From: Thelocarpon superellum
Taxonomy: Eukaryota
DNA length: 64,000 bases
NCBI GenBank assembly: GCA_026025795.1
Contig: JAPEUG010000003.1
Coordinates: forward strand, 1 to 64,000
Direction: 5' to 3'
The notes under the pieces were generated by a model. That model had not been told where the DNA came from, did not search any database, and saw nothing but the letters and a program-made list of their open reading frames with translations. Below, piece after piece: positions 1 to 11,401 of this stretch. The number at the start of each line of letters is the position of its first letter. Position 1 is the stretch's first letter. Position numbers and translations under genes: made by a program.

Positions 1-415
1 GCGGGATCGATGCCATGCTCTAGAGGTGCCATTAGCCCTAGTTCGTGGGATGCTCGTCATGGAACTTCCGACCTTCGCCGAGCTGCTTCACGCCACTCAC
101 GCCCGGGTGAGGTCCCAGCAATAGATACGCTTGAAGAAAGTCAGACGCCTGCCCTGGGTCTGCCTTGAGCACACCACTGGACCTGGCGGATCTCAGCAAC
201 TCCGTTGGTGGTAAGGCGGCGTCATTCTGGCTCTGGTACCCCGGTCGTTGACTTGACCCTTGAGCTGCTTCTGCTCGCCGGACTGACGGGGCCTTCCTTG
301 ATTTGGCATATCGTCGCCGGGTCAGTCTCTGGCCGGAGGAAGCTCTGGGATAGAAGGAGAAGATGGTCGCGCAATTGCGAGGGTTGATCCGTCGACGCAG
401 CTGTGCCGTAGACAT
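1..415 (-). CDS. Hypothetical protein, 5' part only (runs off the window start); Arg/Ser-rich N-terminus may be a mitochondrial presequence
   Basis: ORF 38..415 starts MSTAQLRRRINPRN...RRRYAKSRK. A probable intron (GTCGG..CTAAT..TAG) precedes a further exon reading ..HGIDP at the window edge. Divergent from the next gene. Confidence 0.4.
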
Positions 416-739
416 TGTTGATGCCGTTGACGCAAAGACGAGGTCGTATACATGTCTGGCCGTTGTCCAAGAAGTTCGGTTAGGTCGCTGACTTGCATCT
501 AGGAGCAGCCCGTAGCTCTTAGCTGAGCTAACCTACCCCGTTGTAGCGCACGATGGCCAGCTCCAGGGCTCCCACTGGTGCCCCACCATCGAGTCGCGTA
601 CGCGTAGGTGCAAGGTGCAACACTCGTAGTGGCATCTCGCATCTCGCATCAGCACTGACTAAGGCAAATGCAAGCGCGCGTGGCCCCATTCAATCCGTTG
701 AATGATAATCACCGCCGCTTTCCCTCTCACCGACTTTCA

Positions 740-1973
740 ATGCTTTCACGACTCTTAATCTCGGTCAAATCAATCGTGACACCATCGGCGCCTCTAGTAC
801 AAGAATCGGACCCTAAGCCGTCGGATCCAACGGCTGAAGGTGGGCCCATCGAGCTGCATCACAGCATGGTTCAAACCAGACGTCAGAGTCGGAATGCCGC
901 GGCCGACGCCACGGAAGCTGTGGTAGAAGTGAATGGATCTACCGAGAGCACGAAGAAGCGGATGATCAATGCGAGGGAGGGAGACGGTGCAGAAGAAGTA
1001 TCCAGCCGAAAACGACGGAGAGTGGAGAGTGGTCGGCAAGAGGCCGTGCAAGCAGAAGGTCCAGCACACGGCGAGCTGGAATCGATACAGGTGGCCTCAA
1101 CGGGAGACGGTGATGATGTGATCACTTCGGAAGAACATGATACGGAGGTGATGGACGCTGGCCAACAGACCCTCTCGATTGATTTGGTGCAACCCAAACC
1201 TGCCGCAGCCCGGGAAACCGCTGCCAGTTCAGAGAGGACACTTCCGGTTCGCTCGCATGTGCGCTTCGGCAGTGAAGACCCCGCGCCTATCTTGGCAGTG
1301 GGGGAGCAAAGATCGAGCCCGAAAGAACAAGATCAAGATGACGAAGGGCCTAACAGCGATGACGAAGCTCCCGAAGCAGAGTCGCTGCATACCGGGCACA
1401 AGAAGGCCGCATCGGCGGCACTACACGCGGCAAAGGCTGCAGAGGAGTAGGTGGCTCGGCTGAGGTTTACGATACATAGGGGATTTGGACTGACGAGGGC
1501 TCAGACAAGCCGCGGCTGCGCGAGAAAAGCGGCAACGGCGTGACGCAAAATTGAAGGCGCAGGCCACGTCGTCAACACGAAGACGAAAGCAAGAAGAAAA
1601 GCTGCTGAGCACTGCGCAGGTGGTCGCACCACACATCGACCTCGCGTCCCTCCCTGCTCTCTTGCCCGATGAATTGCTCGCCCAAGATCCGTCTGAGCGA
1701 CCCGCCACTCCGCCACCGAACTTGTGGCGACGCCCGGGTCAGTTAACGCAGACGAAACGTCTGGCGGTTGAGAAAGTGCACAAGGATGTGCGTCACGGCT
1801 CGGTCCGGGTCCGGGTGTTGGAGTCGTCCAGAGCTCATCTAGCGCCGAAGGCAAACAAAGCGAGCCAGGCGGTGAAGAGCGCCTGGCTTCTTGGGCGGCC
1901 CGGCCGTAAGGGCGAGCGAGGGGTTGAGCGGAGGCCCGCCGGCAGGGGCTTTGGCTTTTCCGGCCGTCTTTGA
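740..1973 (+). CDS. U3 snoRNA-associated protein (Bud21/Utp16-like), 2 exons
   Basis: Intron 1447-1504 (GTAGGT..CTGAC..CAG) joins ORFs 668..1450 and 1551..1973 in frame. Motifs HVRFGSE, DDEAPE, LPALLPDELL and LAPKANKASQAVKSAWL resemble fungal U3_snoRNA_assoc proteins. Confidence 0.65.
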
Positions 1974-2537
1974 GGGTCGTGTGTGAGCCGGCACGTCCGG
2001 CCAGATCTTCCACGTCGGACGTCGCTGGCTCTGGCGAAGCGGGGCGCCTGGCGCCTGGTGCATGAGGCGGCTCGAGGAGGGCTCCGGAATGTGTGGCGTG
2101 GAACGGCGGGAAGGTGATCGAGAGGCGGCGCGCGGGTGCGGGGGGGTCTTGATCGGCCCGGCGGCCGCTTGAACCATGGCTGCTTGCCCGGCGACGGGAG
2201 CTCGCTCAAGAGGGGTGGTTTTGTCGATGGCCCGGGGGCGCTCGGCAGCCGCACGGCGCTCGGCAGCTTGAATCTGCTTGCGGAGGATCTCCAGGTTCGG
2301 GGGTGGAACGAACTGTGGGCGTCCGCCCGGCGCGTCAACTGGATCCGTTCCTGCGGCGACGGACTCGATGGATGGAAAGGTCTCTAGCCAGGTGAAGGCC
2401 GGGGGCTCCTGGCAGTCTTTGCGTCCGGCCGTGGTGGGGATGGAAGCTTCTTCGCCTTTGATGCAACGGATAGTGTCCGCGGAACGGAGGTGCCGCTTCG
2501 TGGGCGGAACTGCGGGATGTTTGGAAGAGCTTGCCAT
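1839..2537 (-). CDS. Hypothetical Pro/Ala/Arg-rich orphan protein (about 232 aa)
   Basis: Uninterrupted ORF from the ATG at 2537 (MASSSKHPAV...), preceded by a pyrimidine-rich leader, with mostly G/C-ending codons. No recognisable domain. Overlaps the upstream gene's 3' end. Confidence 0.45.
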   Translation of the reverse strand: MASSSKHPAVPPTKRHLRSADTIRCIKGEEASIPTTAGRKDCQEPPAFTWLETFPSIESVAAGTDPVDAPGGRPQFVPPPNLEILRKQIQAAERRAAAERPRAIDKTTPLERAPVAGQAAMVQAAAGPIKTPPHPRAASRSPSRRSTPHIPEPSSSRLMHQAPGAPLRQSQRRPTWKIWPDVPAHTRPSKTAGKAKAPAGGPPLNPSLALTAGPPKKPGALHRLARFVCLRR

Positions 2538-3176
2538 GACGGAATGGCGATGTGGATCGATATGGAAGAGGTGGTGTGGAGCTGAGTGGGGAAAAGGATC
2601 GCAGGCCACCATGACGGATCATGTTGGGTGCAGACGCGTGCATCGTGTCTGCAAGACTGCCGTGAATGGGGCGTGGAGGAGTCGTGAATGGAGGAGACTG
2701 CTGGACGTCGATGTGGTCCACTTGATCTTCTACTAGGATAGTGACGGGCGATCATTGGCCACCATCGGTCATCGCGACCGTGACGAAGGCAGAAATTCCA
2801 TGTCCTCACGGATTACTACAATCGGCTTCGTCGACGTCAACCCCACGGAGCAGACCTGGCACGTCTGTGGCCGCAGCGAGTGGCAAGTCGTGACGAGGTT
2901 CGCACCCGAGACGACAGTTCCCCATCCATTTTGCCCACCACAAGGTTGCGGGCGTGCCGCTGTCACCCACGCTCACGGTACGGAGGGACTCCGTACTTAC
3001 GCCATAGGACGTGGCTTTCGCTTTCGACCCGAAGCTCCTAACAATCTGTGAATGTCTTGACCGCGCCGGTGGGTGTCGCCCTTAGGGCTTACGTGACCCA
3101 CAAGACACAGTGCCTGTTAGGGCATTGTTTCCGGTCTGGGCCAGTTCAACCAAGTCAAAAGAGGTCATCCCCGACG

Positions 3177-4498
3177 ATGGGATCGAGATCTCTTCGAATG
3201 CTACTGATCGGCAGGGGAGAACGAGAGGACGCCCTGGCCTGGAAAGTAAGCAAATCGCTGCTGGTGCAACACATCTATGTAGTGCCGGGCAATGGAGGCA
3301 CTGCTCGAGGTCTATCCAACGTATCCAACGCCGAGAACGTTTCAGAGGAGGGGTATCCTGCGCTGGTAGGCTTGGCCAGAAGGCTGCTGATTGGGCTCGT
3401 CATCGTGGGACCGGATGACGCCGTTGTCAATGGCATCGAGGCTTTCTTTCGAGCAGGTTGGCGCCATCTTCCGATGGATGATATTTAGACTCCACAGTAT
3501 ACTGACCAGCTGACGCAGCATCCGTCCCATGCTTTGCCCCAACCAAAGCGGCCGCGGAGCTGGAAGGATCCAAGATCTTTGCCGAGGAATTCATGTCCAG
3601 ACATGGGATTCGTACTGGAGAGTATCGCAACTTCAGTGACGGAAAGTCGACCAAAACCCTATCACCTGGCCAGGACCACAAGAGGCTTTTTGATGAAGAC
3701 AGAGGCCCAAATACCGGACGCATGGGCGTCTACGCTCCCGTCCCTATCGCTGCGTCAGCAGTGATGACGGAGATAAAGATGGGATTTTATCGCCAACCTT
3801 TGCGGGTTTAAGGTCCGAGGGTTGATTACCCGGGCACACATCCAGATCACATTCTGACGGTCAATAGGCCGGACCTTCAAGGGTATGCTGCTCACAGAAC
3901 TGATGTTGACAGTATCTGGGCTCAGAGTGCTCAAGTACAACACTCGATTGGGCGATCCAGGAACGGAGTCGATCATTCCACTCCGCAGTGAGAAGACGAA
4001 TCTTGCGGAAATCATGCTAGCATGCACGGAAGGACGTCTCGACTAAGTAAACATCACAATGTCCCCTATGTTCGCTGGCAACGTCATTCTCGCTGTCGAA
4101 GGGTATCCGGGACCGTACGCTCAAGGGGCGTTGGTCGAGCTGAGTCGGACTGAAGAATGTAAAATCTGATGCCCCCATCGAATGCGAAAGCCAATCGAGA
4201 CGACATCCTCGTCTTCCACGCTGGAACAAAGCTCGTGGATGGAAAGATCAGAACTGCTGGTGGCCGAGTGTTTGCGGTACCAGCCGTCGGACAGACTTCG
4301 GAGCAAGCCGTTGCGGCTGCGTACAGGGGCGTTGATTCGATCCGATTTGAGAACATGTTCTTCAGAAGGGACATTGCTTCGAGGTGAATCCCACATCTCT
4401 CTGTCGAAGGTTCGGACTGCCTTACAACATCCACTAGATCTCTTCCTACTCCCGCTAAATCTCGAAAAGTTGCGAAGCTTCTACCTTGGGACAGGTAG
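3177..4498 (+). pseudogene. Phosphoribosylamine-glycine ligase (GARS, PurD/Ade5-type) pseudogene with no AIRS domain
   Basis: GARS motifs: [92 protein letters not shown]. Lesions: large internal deletion at about 3632-3640, frameshift at about 3775-3785, in-frame TAA at 4044-4046. Confidence 0.85.
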
Positions 4499-5139
4499 GT
4501 AGATCAAGGGAGAGTGTACGGACACGCACACTCATGAGAACTGCAGGCATGTTTCGGCGGCAGCGACCAGAGGCTTAACTGGAGCTCTAGGCATGCTTAA
4601 CTGCATGCTTAACTGGAGCCATTGCCTAGGCATCTGCTTCCAAACACGGTGTATGACTGAGTTATTAGGACAAGTGGGTAGAGGCATAGAGAGAACGCAA
4701 TTGTAGGCTGCTGCTGGATCTCAGGCAAAGAACCAAGCAAATATGTGTGCGTTGTCCTTGGAGAATGCTTTAGTTAAGCATCTCCAAGGCAGTAGCTCGA
4801 ACTAAAACTGCAACCGGCGCCTCTTGCACCCGCTCCCACTGGAGGAGCGAAGAACTAGTCGGACGAGATAGGGCAAGTTCTCGTACGGCGACCATGATTC
4901 CAGTCGTCTCGTCTTGCGATGGACGTTGGAGCTGGAGCTGCCACTCCATCCACGCCATCCACGCCATCCACTCATCCACTCCATCCGCTCTATACCGCAC
5001 ACACCACCTTTCTCTCGTCGTCGTTGCGGTTGGGAAGAGGATGACGATTGATCTGGCGAAAACAGCGCCATATCATACAATGATTCGCCGCCAATGCATC
5101 TGGTTATAGTAATGGTGTTGCATCGTTAGAGCTGCCATC

Positions 5140-6789
5140 ATGACGTCGATTCCGTCGGAGAGAACCCCTCTCATCCCACCTGTGTCACCGGCTGCATCGC
5201 CATCGGCCTTGGCCTCGGCCTCGACATCGAACGACCTCAGCCCCAACCCATCCAAACCTCAACGCACCGTCACCTTTGATACACATACCAACGCCGCCAC
5301 TGCCAATGGCCTGAGCAATGATGGCGTGCCACCGCCACAGCTCCCACAGCCGCCCCAGACGGCCCGTTCGAACAGCCAGCCAGTGCTCTCGGCCTTGAAC
5401 AGCAAGCTGCGACGAAGAGGAAGCCAGGGTGCGCCCATCGTGACGCCCGCCACGCCAGCCTCCAAGATCGGACCGCAGCGGACGACTAAGACGACGCAGA
5501 AGCTCAAGCTCCTGCCCAACCCTGACCCCGGCGAAGATGGGCCGGACGAAGAGAGCGGTCGGGACGTGTACTCGCAATTCACCAGGATCAAGGATCCCAC
5601 CGCGCGGCGGGATGCTGCCCGGCTGGGCAAGGCCGATCGCGACAAGCTGCCCCGCGTGACGGCCTACTGTACCGCCAACGCCTATCGCTTGGACGGCTTG
5701 ATGAAATTCCTCAAAGGGCGAGGTCGGACCCGCGGCGCCGCGCCCAAGCTGTTCGACGAGTGCATCTACACGCCCTACGAATACCCCAAAGCGACGAACA
5801 AGCGGTGGGATCGTCCTCAACGAAGTCGTGCCTGGCCCGCGCATGAACGGCGCTACTCCGACAGCGCCGTCGAGGTCGAGGACAGCAACAAGCATCGACG
5901 GGAAGACCTGATTGAATTTGGCGAGACGGACATGGGCAATGGCGAGGGCTCGGCCCGACATGACGGCACGCTCGATGACCTGCCGCCGGACCCATCGGCG
6001 GACGAGGCGGGCGAGGATACGCCGGACTTTGACACCGACGTGCACACGCCGGAGGTCTTCCTGTTCAACTATGGCACGGTGGTGATCTGGGGCATGTCCG
6101 TGCAAGAAGAGCAACGCTTCCTGAAGGAGATTGCCAAGTTCGAGACGGAGAAGCTGGCGCGGGACGACGTGCAGACGGAGAATTTCAATTTCTACTACAC
6201 GCGGGAATACCAGGCGCGCATCTACAACGACTTCATCAGCCTACGGGAGAAGAAGAGTTACATGACAAAGCTGGCCATCAGCCACGCGCTATCGCAGAGT
6301 GTCAAGGTACATGACCGAGAGTCTGTCATCATGTGCGCGACTGCGCTAACACTAAGACAGACATCCCTCTTCGAGGACCTGGTGGACAATACCATCGAAG
6401 GCACCAAAGACATCCCAGAGCGGATCGCGTTGACGGGCAAGGTGAACCTGACGCGCCGACAGATCTTGATGCAAGTCGGCGAGCTGTTCATCCTCCGCAT
6501 CAACATCCACCTGCAAGGGTCCGTGCTCGACTCGCCCGAGCTCATGTGGGCCGAGCCGCAACTCGACCCGGTCTACCAAGCCGTGCGCAGCTACCTCGAG
6601 ATGGACCAGCGCGTGGGGCTCCTGACGGAACGACTGGACGTCATTGCCGACCTGCTCACGGTGCTCAAGGATCAATTGACGCACACCCACGGCGAATTGC
6701 TCGAGTGGATCGTGATATTGTTGATTGCGGCCGAAATCGTCGTGGCCGGCATCAACATCCTCGTGGACTTGTATGCAGGCGTGGAGTAG
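5140..6789 (+). CDS. RMD1: Sporulation protein Rmd1 (DUF155 family)
   Basis: LPRVTAYCTA, EVFLFNYGTVVIWG, KLAISHALSQSVK, LDSPELMW and C-terminal LEWIVILLI transmembrane segment. 54-nt in-frame intron at 6307-6360. Confidence 0.85.
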   Translation: MTSIPSERTPLIPPVSPAASPSALASASTSNDLSPNPSKPQRTVTFDTHTNAATANGLSNDGVPPPQLPQPPQTARSNSQPVLSALNSKLRRRGSQGAPIVTPATPASKIGPQRTTKTTQKLKLLPNPDPGEDGPDEESGRDVYSQFTRIKDPTARRDAARLGKADRDKLPRVTAYCTANAYRLDGLMKFLKGRGRTRGAAPKLFDECIYTPYEYPKATNKRWDRPQRSRAWPAHERRYSDSAVEVEDSNKHRREDLIEFGETDMGNGEGSARHDGTLDDLPPDPSADEAGEDTPDFDTDVHTPEVFLFNYGTVVIWGMSVQEEQRFLKEIAKFETEKLARDDVQTENFNFYYTREYQARIYNDFISLREKKSYMTKLAISHALSQSVKVHDRESVIMCATALTLRQTSLFEDLVDNTIEGTKDIPERIALTGKVNLTRRQILMQVGELFILRINIHLQGSVLDSPELMWAEPQLDPVYQAVRSYLEMDQRVGLLTERLDVIADLLTVLKDQLTHTHGELLEWIVILLIAAEIVVAGINILVDLYAGVE

Positions 6790-7420
6790 GGGGATCCCCT
6801 GGTTTGGTTGCGGGCACGAGATCAGCGTCATGCGACCATTTATTGTGCGTTGTGCGTCGTGTTGTGAAATGTGATGTGATTTGTCCGTTGCTGCATTTGC
6901 CTTTGCGAGAGTACATTTGTACATTTGGAGACGACGTGCAGACGTGCAGACGTGCAGACGTGCTCAAGAAGACCAAGACCAAGACCATCATCTATACCAA
7001 GGCAATCGTCCTCACTCGCAACCAGAGAGCTGCGAGACCATGGCGATGATGAACATCCGTGCAGATACCACCAGCAACAACATCATCCATTCGTTGCGCC
7101 CTTCAAGGCACCGGCCCAGCCCAGCCCAATCGAGTCCGAGTCAGGGCTGCAAGACCCGCCACGGTCTCCTCCCAGCCCGGCGAGAACGTACCTGCTCGTC
7201 GTCCTGCACGGGAAGACGTGTAGCGCGGCTCATAAGACGAGTACAGCCTCAAATGATGATATCTAGATAGCAGAGGCATCGTCGTCGTCGTCGTCGTCGT
7301 GGACCGTCTCCATCCTGATCCTCGCCTAGGCAGACATGACGAGGGAGAGGAAAGAAGAAAGGACGGAAATCTACGAAAGGTGCCAGGAGCACTACAGGCC
7401 AGGTGTGCCACGGGTCCGCC

Positions 7421-8573
7421 CTAATGGTTGACGGCCGTGAAGCCCCCGTCTTCATCCCCGTCGCCCTCTCCGTCTCCGTCCCCGTCGACGGCACCGCCGT
7501 CGCCATCTCCATCTCCATCTCCGTCTCCGTCCCCGTCCTCCATGATGACGTCCTCATTGGACGGCCGAGGCCCGTTCCGAATATCGCCGCCCTCGGCGTC
7601 ACCCTCGTCTTCGTCCTCCTCATCGGCCTCACCGGCCTCGGCCTCGTCCTCCCCGTCCACCTCGCCCTCTCCCTCTCCCTCTCCCTCCGCCTCACCGTCC
7701 CCTTCCTCATCCACCTCGCCATCGTCGCCGGCCCCGTTCGCCAGGCGCTTCATCTCCGCCTTGAACCGCGCACGGCGCTGGTCGTATATCTCAAAGTAGG
7801 GGACTTGCCCCTCTCGGCCGAGGTCTCGCCAGGCCTGCGCCAGACCCTGATGCAGATCCCAGTCTGCGTCTCCGGCGTGCTGCCGCCGGATCTCGTCCCG
7901 CTCGCTGTCGCAGAAGATCATATAGGCGTTGGGTGGCCGACGCGGCTGGCCGGCAATCTTCCGCCCCTTGCCTTTACCCGAGGCCGATCCGCCGCCCGCG
8001 GCTGACGTGCCCGTCGGCGTCGTCTTCTGGTTGGCTAGACCACTCGGGCTGCTCGCCGTCCGATTGAAAGAGGGTGTGTGCGCGGCGGGCGAGCGAGGCG
8101 ACCCTGGCGCGCCCGAGCCGTCGTGGGTGGCGGCGGTCTTGTCCTCCGGGCGGCGATGCCCGCGCTTGGTGCGGAGGGGCTTCTCCTTGGGCTGCGCGTT
8201 CCCTTAGTGACCGACCGAGGTCTCACGTGGGTGGGGTGGACACACGGTCGGAGGCGGGCTGGGACTGCCCTCAGAATCCTCCACGTTCTGGCTGGACCGC
8301 CGCGCCAACTGTTCCAGCATGAAGGCTCGCTCGAGCCGCAGTTTCATGATGCCCCGATTCAGTCGGACCTTTCGCAGGCGGTAGGCGTCGTTGGACTCGT
8401 CCACCTCGGTCATCCGCCGCTTCAGCTCGATGCATTTCTTGCGGTAGTTCTCCTCCACCGACGGCGGCAGCGGGGCGGGCACGGTACCTGAGGGAGAAGC
8501 ATCAGCAACCAGGACGAGCAACTGATCTCATCTTCGACCTACTGGTTCGTGGGGCGGATCCCATGGGTGGCAT
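7421..8573 (-). CDS. HMG-box protein, Nhp10-like (INO80 complex), 3 exons, acidic Gly/Asp/Glu tail
   Basis: Coiled-coil YRKKCIELKRRM...KLRLERAFMLEQL, then PKEKPLRTKRGHR and an HMG box PRRPPNAYMIFC...AWRDL...PY. Two canonical introns. Confidence 0.7.
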
Positions 8574-9542
8574 CGTGGAGTGTGCACGAGCGAGAGCTCA
8601 CTACGTCCGGGCGGTGATGGTGGGACGGGGACCGGTGCTCGTTCGAATCGCGGTGTTGAAGGAGTTCTCCGTGCAATGCGGCTTGTCGAATCGCGATCTG
8701 GAAGGTTGAAAGTTGGTCTTTCGGGTGAGGAACGTGGAAGTGGGCGTGGAGACTGATGTGGGAAGACAGGAGTTGAGAGAAGTGGCACGGTCCTCAGCGA
8801 TCGAGAGAACTGTCTCAAACAAGTAGCTGCCGGGCCCCGTGATTGGCGGAAGGAGAGGGGATAATGCGAGCTCTCGCGGGTGCAGTAACGGTCATCCCCT
8901 GTGCCTGACGGCCGAGACGAGCTCAGTCAGCGCACGGGAACCTGGCCCTCACGAGAATCCGTCACCTGCGATGCCCCACAACCTGGCCAGCGAGGTTCGC
9001 TTGCCCACGTCAGATCGACGAGGGAATAAGGATGAGATTGTTCCTTGCATATCAGCAACTCTACTTCTGTATTCCCCGTGGTCCACCAACCGTCTGATGG
9101 CGCCAGAGCGACGTGCTACAACCCACTTCAGCCACCAGTGGTCGCTCATTCATCCAAGCCATCCAAGTCGCCGTCTAAGAATCAACGGTCGAGCTCCTGG
9201 CGCATGCCGTCGCTTGGTCTAGAATTTGATTTCCTCTAGGCGTAAGCACACTATTCAGACTGGTAGGCTTCTGCGAGTGCATAGATGGGGTTCGGCTGGG
9301 ACCTGTCAAGAAGATAGGACCGCCTTGGCAGGTTGATCGAGTACAAAGCTCGTCTGGAGAGTGGCATTGGGCGGTGATCGTCCCAGGTTCAAGGCTTCGT
9401 CCATGCTTCCTCACCAGTGACTACCAGTCAAAGAACAGAACCATTCTCTCCCTATGCTCCCCGCTTCCTCCATCCCATCCAGAGATGATAGTCATGATGC
9501 TATAGCCTACGACTCATCGTACAGGGCATCGGCCGGCGGGCT

Positions 9543-11401
9543 CTAGTCGTCATTGTCCCACCCTGGGTTGGGCCCCGGTGGTTTGGGACCACCGGCTTGT
9601 CGCGCCACGATGATCTGGTCGACGCTGAGGACGGTGCGGGCCGCCTCGGTCGCCAGTCGGATGGCCCAGGCCTTGCCCACCAACAAGTCCAAGATGCCCT
9701 CCTCTTGCGCATCCAACGTGCCCGTCCCATCGTCATTCTCCACGTCGACGCCGGTGCACCAGTCGTCCGTCTTGTGATGCGCCGTGTACAGTCGGCTCAA
9801 GACCTCCGTCGCGTCCAGCCCCGCGCTCTCCGCCAACGTGCGCGGGATGACCTCGAACGCCTGCGCGTATTTGCGGATGGCATACTGCGGAAGACCCGGC
9901 GTCTTGTCGCCGTACCCGCCGATCCGCTCGACCAGCTGCATCTCCGTCGCACCGGCGCCGGGGAGGAGGCGCGGATCGCGCGTGATGGCTTTGACGACGT
10001 TGACGCCGTCATCCACCGCGCGCTCAATGTCGTCCAGGTGGTTCTGCGTCGCGCCTCGGAGCACCAACGTCGCCGTCTTGGTCATGTCGTTCTCTTGCCG
10101 GAACACCGTCACGCGATCGCCACCGATCTCCAGCGTCTCCACCACATCCACGCTGCCCATCTCGTCCGGCATCGGCGCCCCCAATCGAGCCAGAGGCGTC
10201 GCGCCCACCACGCGGCAGAGCCGGCGCAGCTCGAACTTGCTGAGGACCTTGATGATGAGGATGCCAAAGCGGTTGAGGTAGTGGAGGGCCAGCTCACCCA
10301 CCGTCGACCCCGCCACCACCACGCGTAGGCCCGAGTCGTGGAGCTCTTTGACGAGGTTCTCCAGCTGATGCTCCTCTCCCTTGGTGAAGTCGAGCATCTC
10401 CTTGGCATTGTGGAGTAGCACGGTCCCCTTGGTTTCCGTCTGGCTGATGTCGATGGGACACGAGTACACGCCGACCTTGGCGCGTTTCGCCTTTTGCACC
10501 GAGCCTGCAAAAGTGTGAGTGTCAAGACTCTTGGCGCGCAGCACCACGCACGTACCATCGGGTTCTCGACCAAACACCATGCCCTTGACCACTCGGCTCT
10601 GCTCCAGGCTGCTGCCCATGATCTTCACCACGCGAATGTTGTCGACGTTGAAGTGGGAAGGGTCTTTGGGTAAGACGGCCAACACCGCCTCGGCCACCAG
10701 CCCCGCCAGGAAATCCTCGCTGCCCGACTGCTTGGATGCGACCACGGTTCGGATGGCTTTGCTGAGTTCTTCTTTCGATCGAATGTCCTTGACCTTGTCC
10801 ACCACCAAATCTAAACTATCGTCAGGCGTCGCAAATCGATGGTCATCCCAGGGAATTGCATACCATTCAGAGCTTCCTGCGCAACCTTCTGCGCTTTCTC
10901 GTACCCTTGCACGATATCGCTAGCCTTAAGACCCATTCGTAACAAATCCTCCGCCTTCTTCAACATCTCTCCGGCCAGCACGATGACCATGTTGGTCGCG
11001 TCGCCCATCTAGCACGGCATCAGTATGGAGCAGACCGTGTTTTGGCAGCTTCCCTCACCTCGGCTTCCTGTTGCTGACTGGCCATGACGATCAACTTGGC
11101 GGCCGGGTGGACGACGTCGAGCTCTCGCAGGATCGTCGCCGCATCGCTCGTCAGGATCATCTTCTGGAGGTGGTTGATGACGATCTTGTTCCGACCGTAC
11201 GGCCCGAGCGACGTCTGAACCGTCTGGGCAATGGCGCGACAGGCGTCGATGTTCCGAAGCACGGCGCCATCTTCGCTCTCGTAGCTAGAGAAGGGAGGAG
11301 AGCTTAGCAAAGGTCGCCAGGGCGGGCAGCCGGACGGGTTACTTCTGATAGCCTTGCTTGAAGAGGCCACTATTGGGAGCACTGGGTATTGAGAGTGACA
11401 T
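9543..11401 (-). CDS. CCT8: T-complex protein 1 subunit theta, 5 exons
   Basis: N-terminal MSLSIPSAPNSGLFKQGY, TSLGPYGRNK, GDATN, SKFELRRLC, VDQIIVARQAGGPKPP. Four GT-AG introns. Confidence 0.95.

Noticed and set aside
6933..6963. (GACGTGCA)n octamer repeat and nearby (CGT)n as a CRISPR-like array
   Set aside because: Simple tandem repeats without spacers in a eukaryotic 3' intergenic region.
9597..10328. Long antisense or alternate-frame ORFs over known genes (also 13631..14668, 44024..45241, 52117..53058 and others)
   Set aside because: Shadow ORFs caused by high GC3 of the real genes on the opposite strand; no recognisable motifs.
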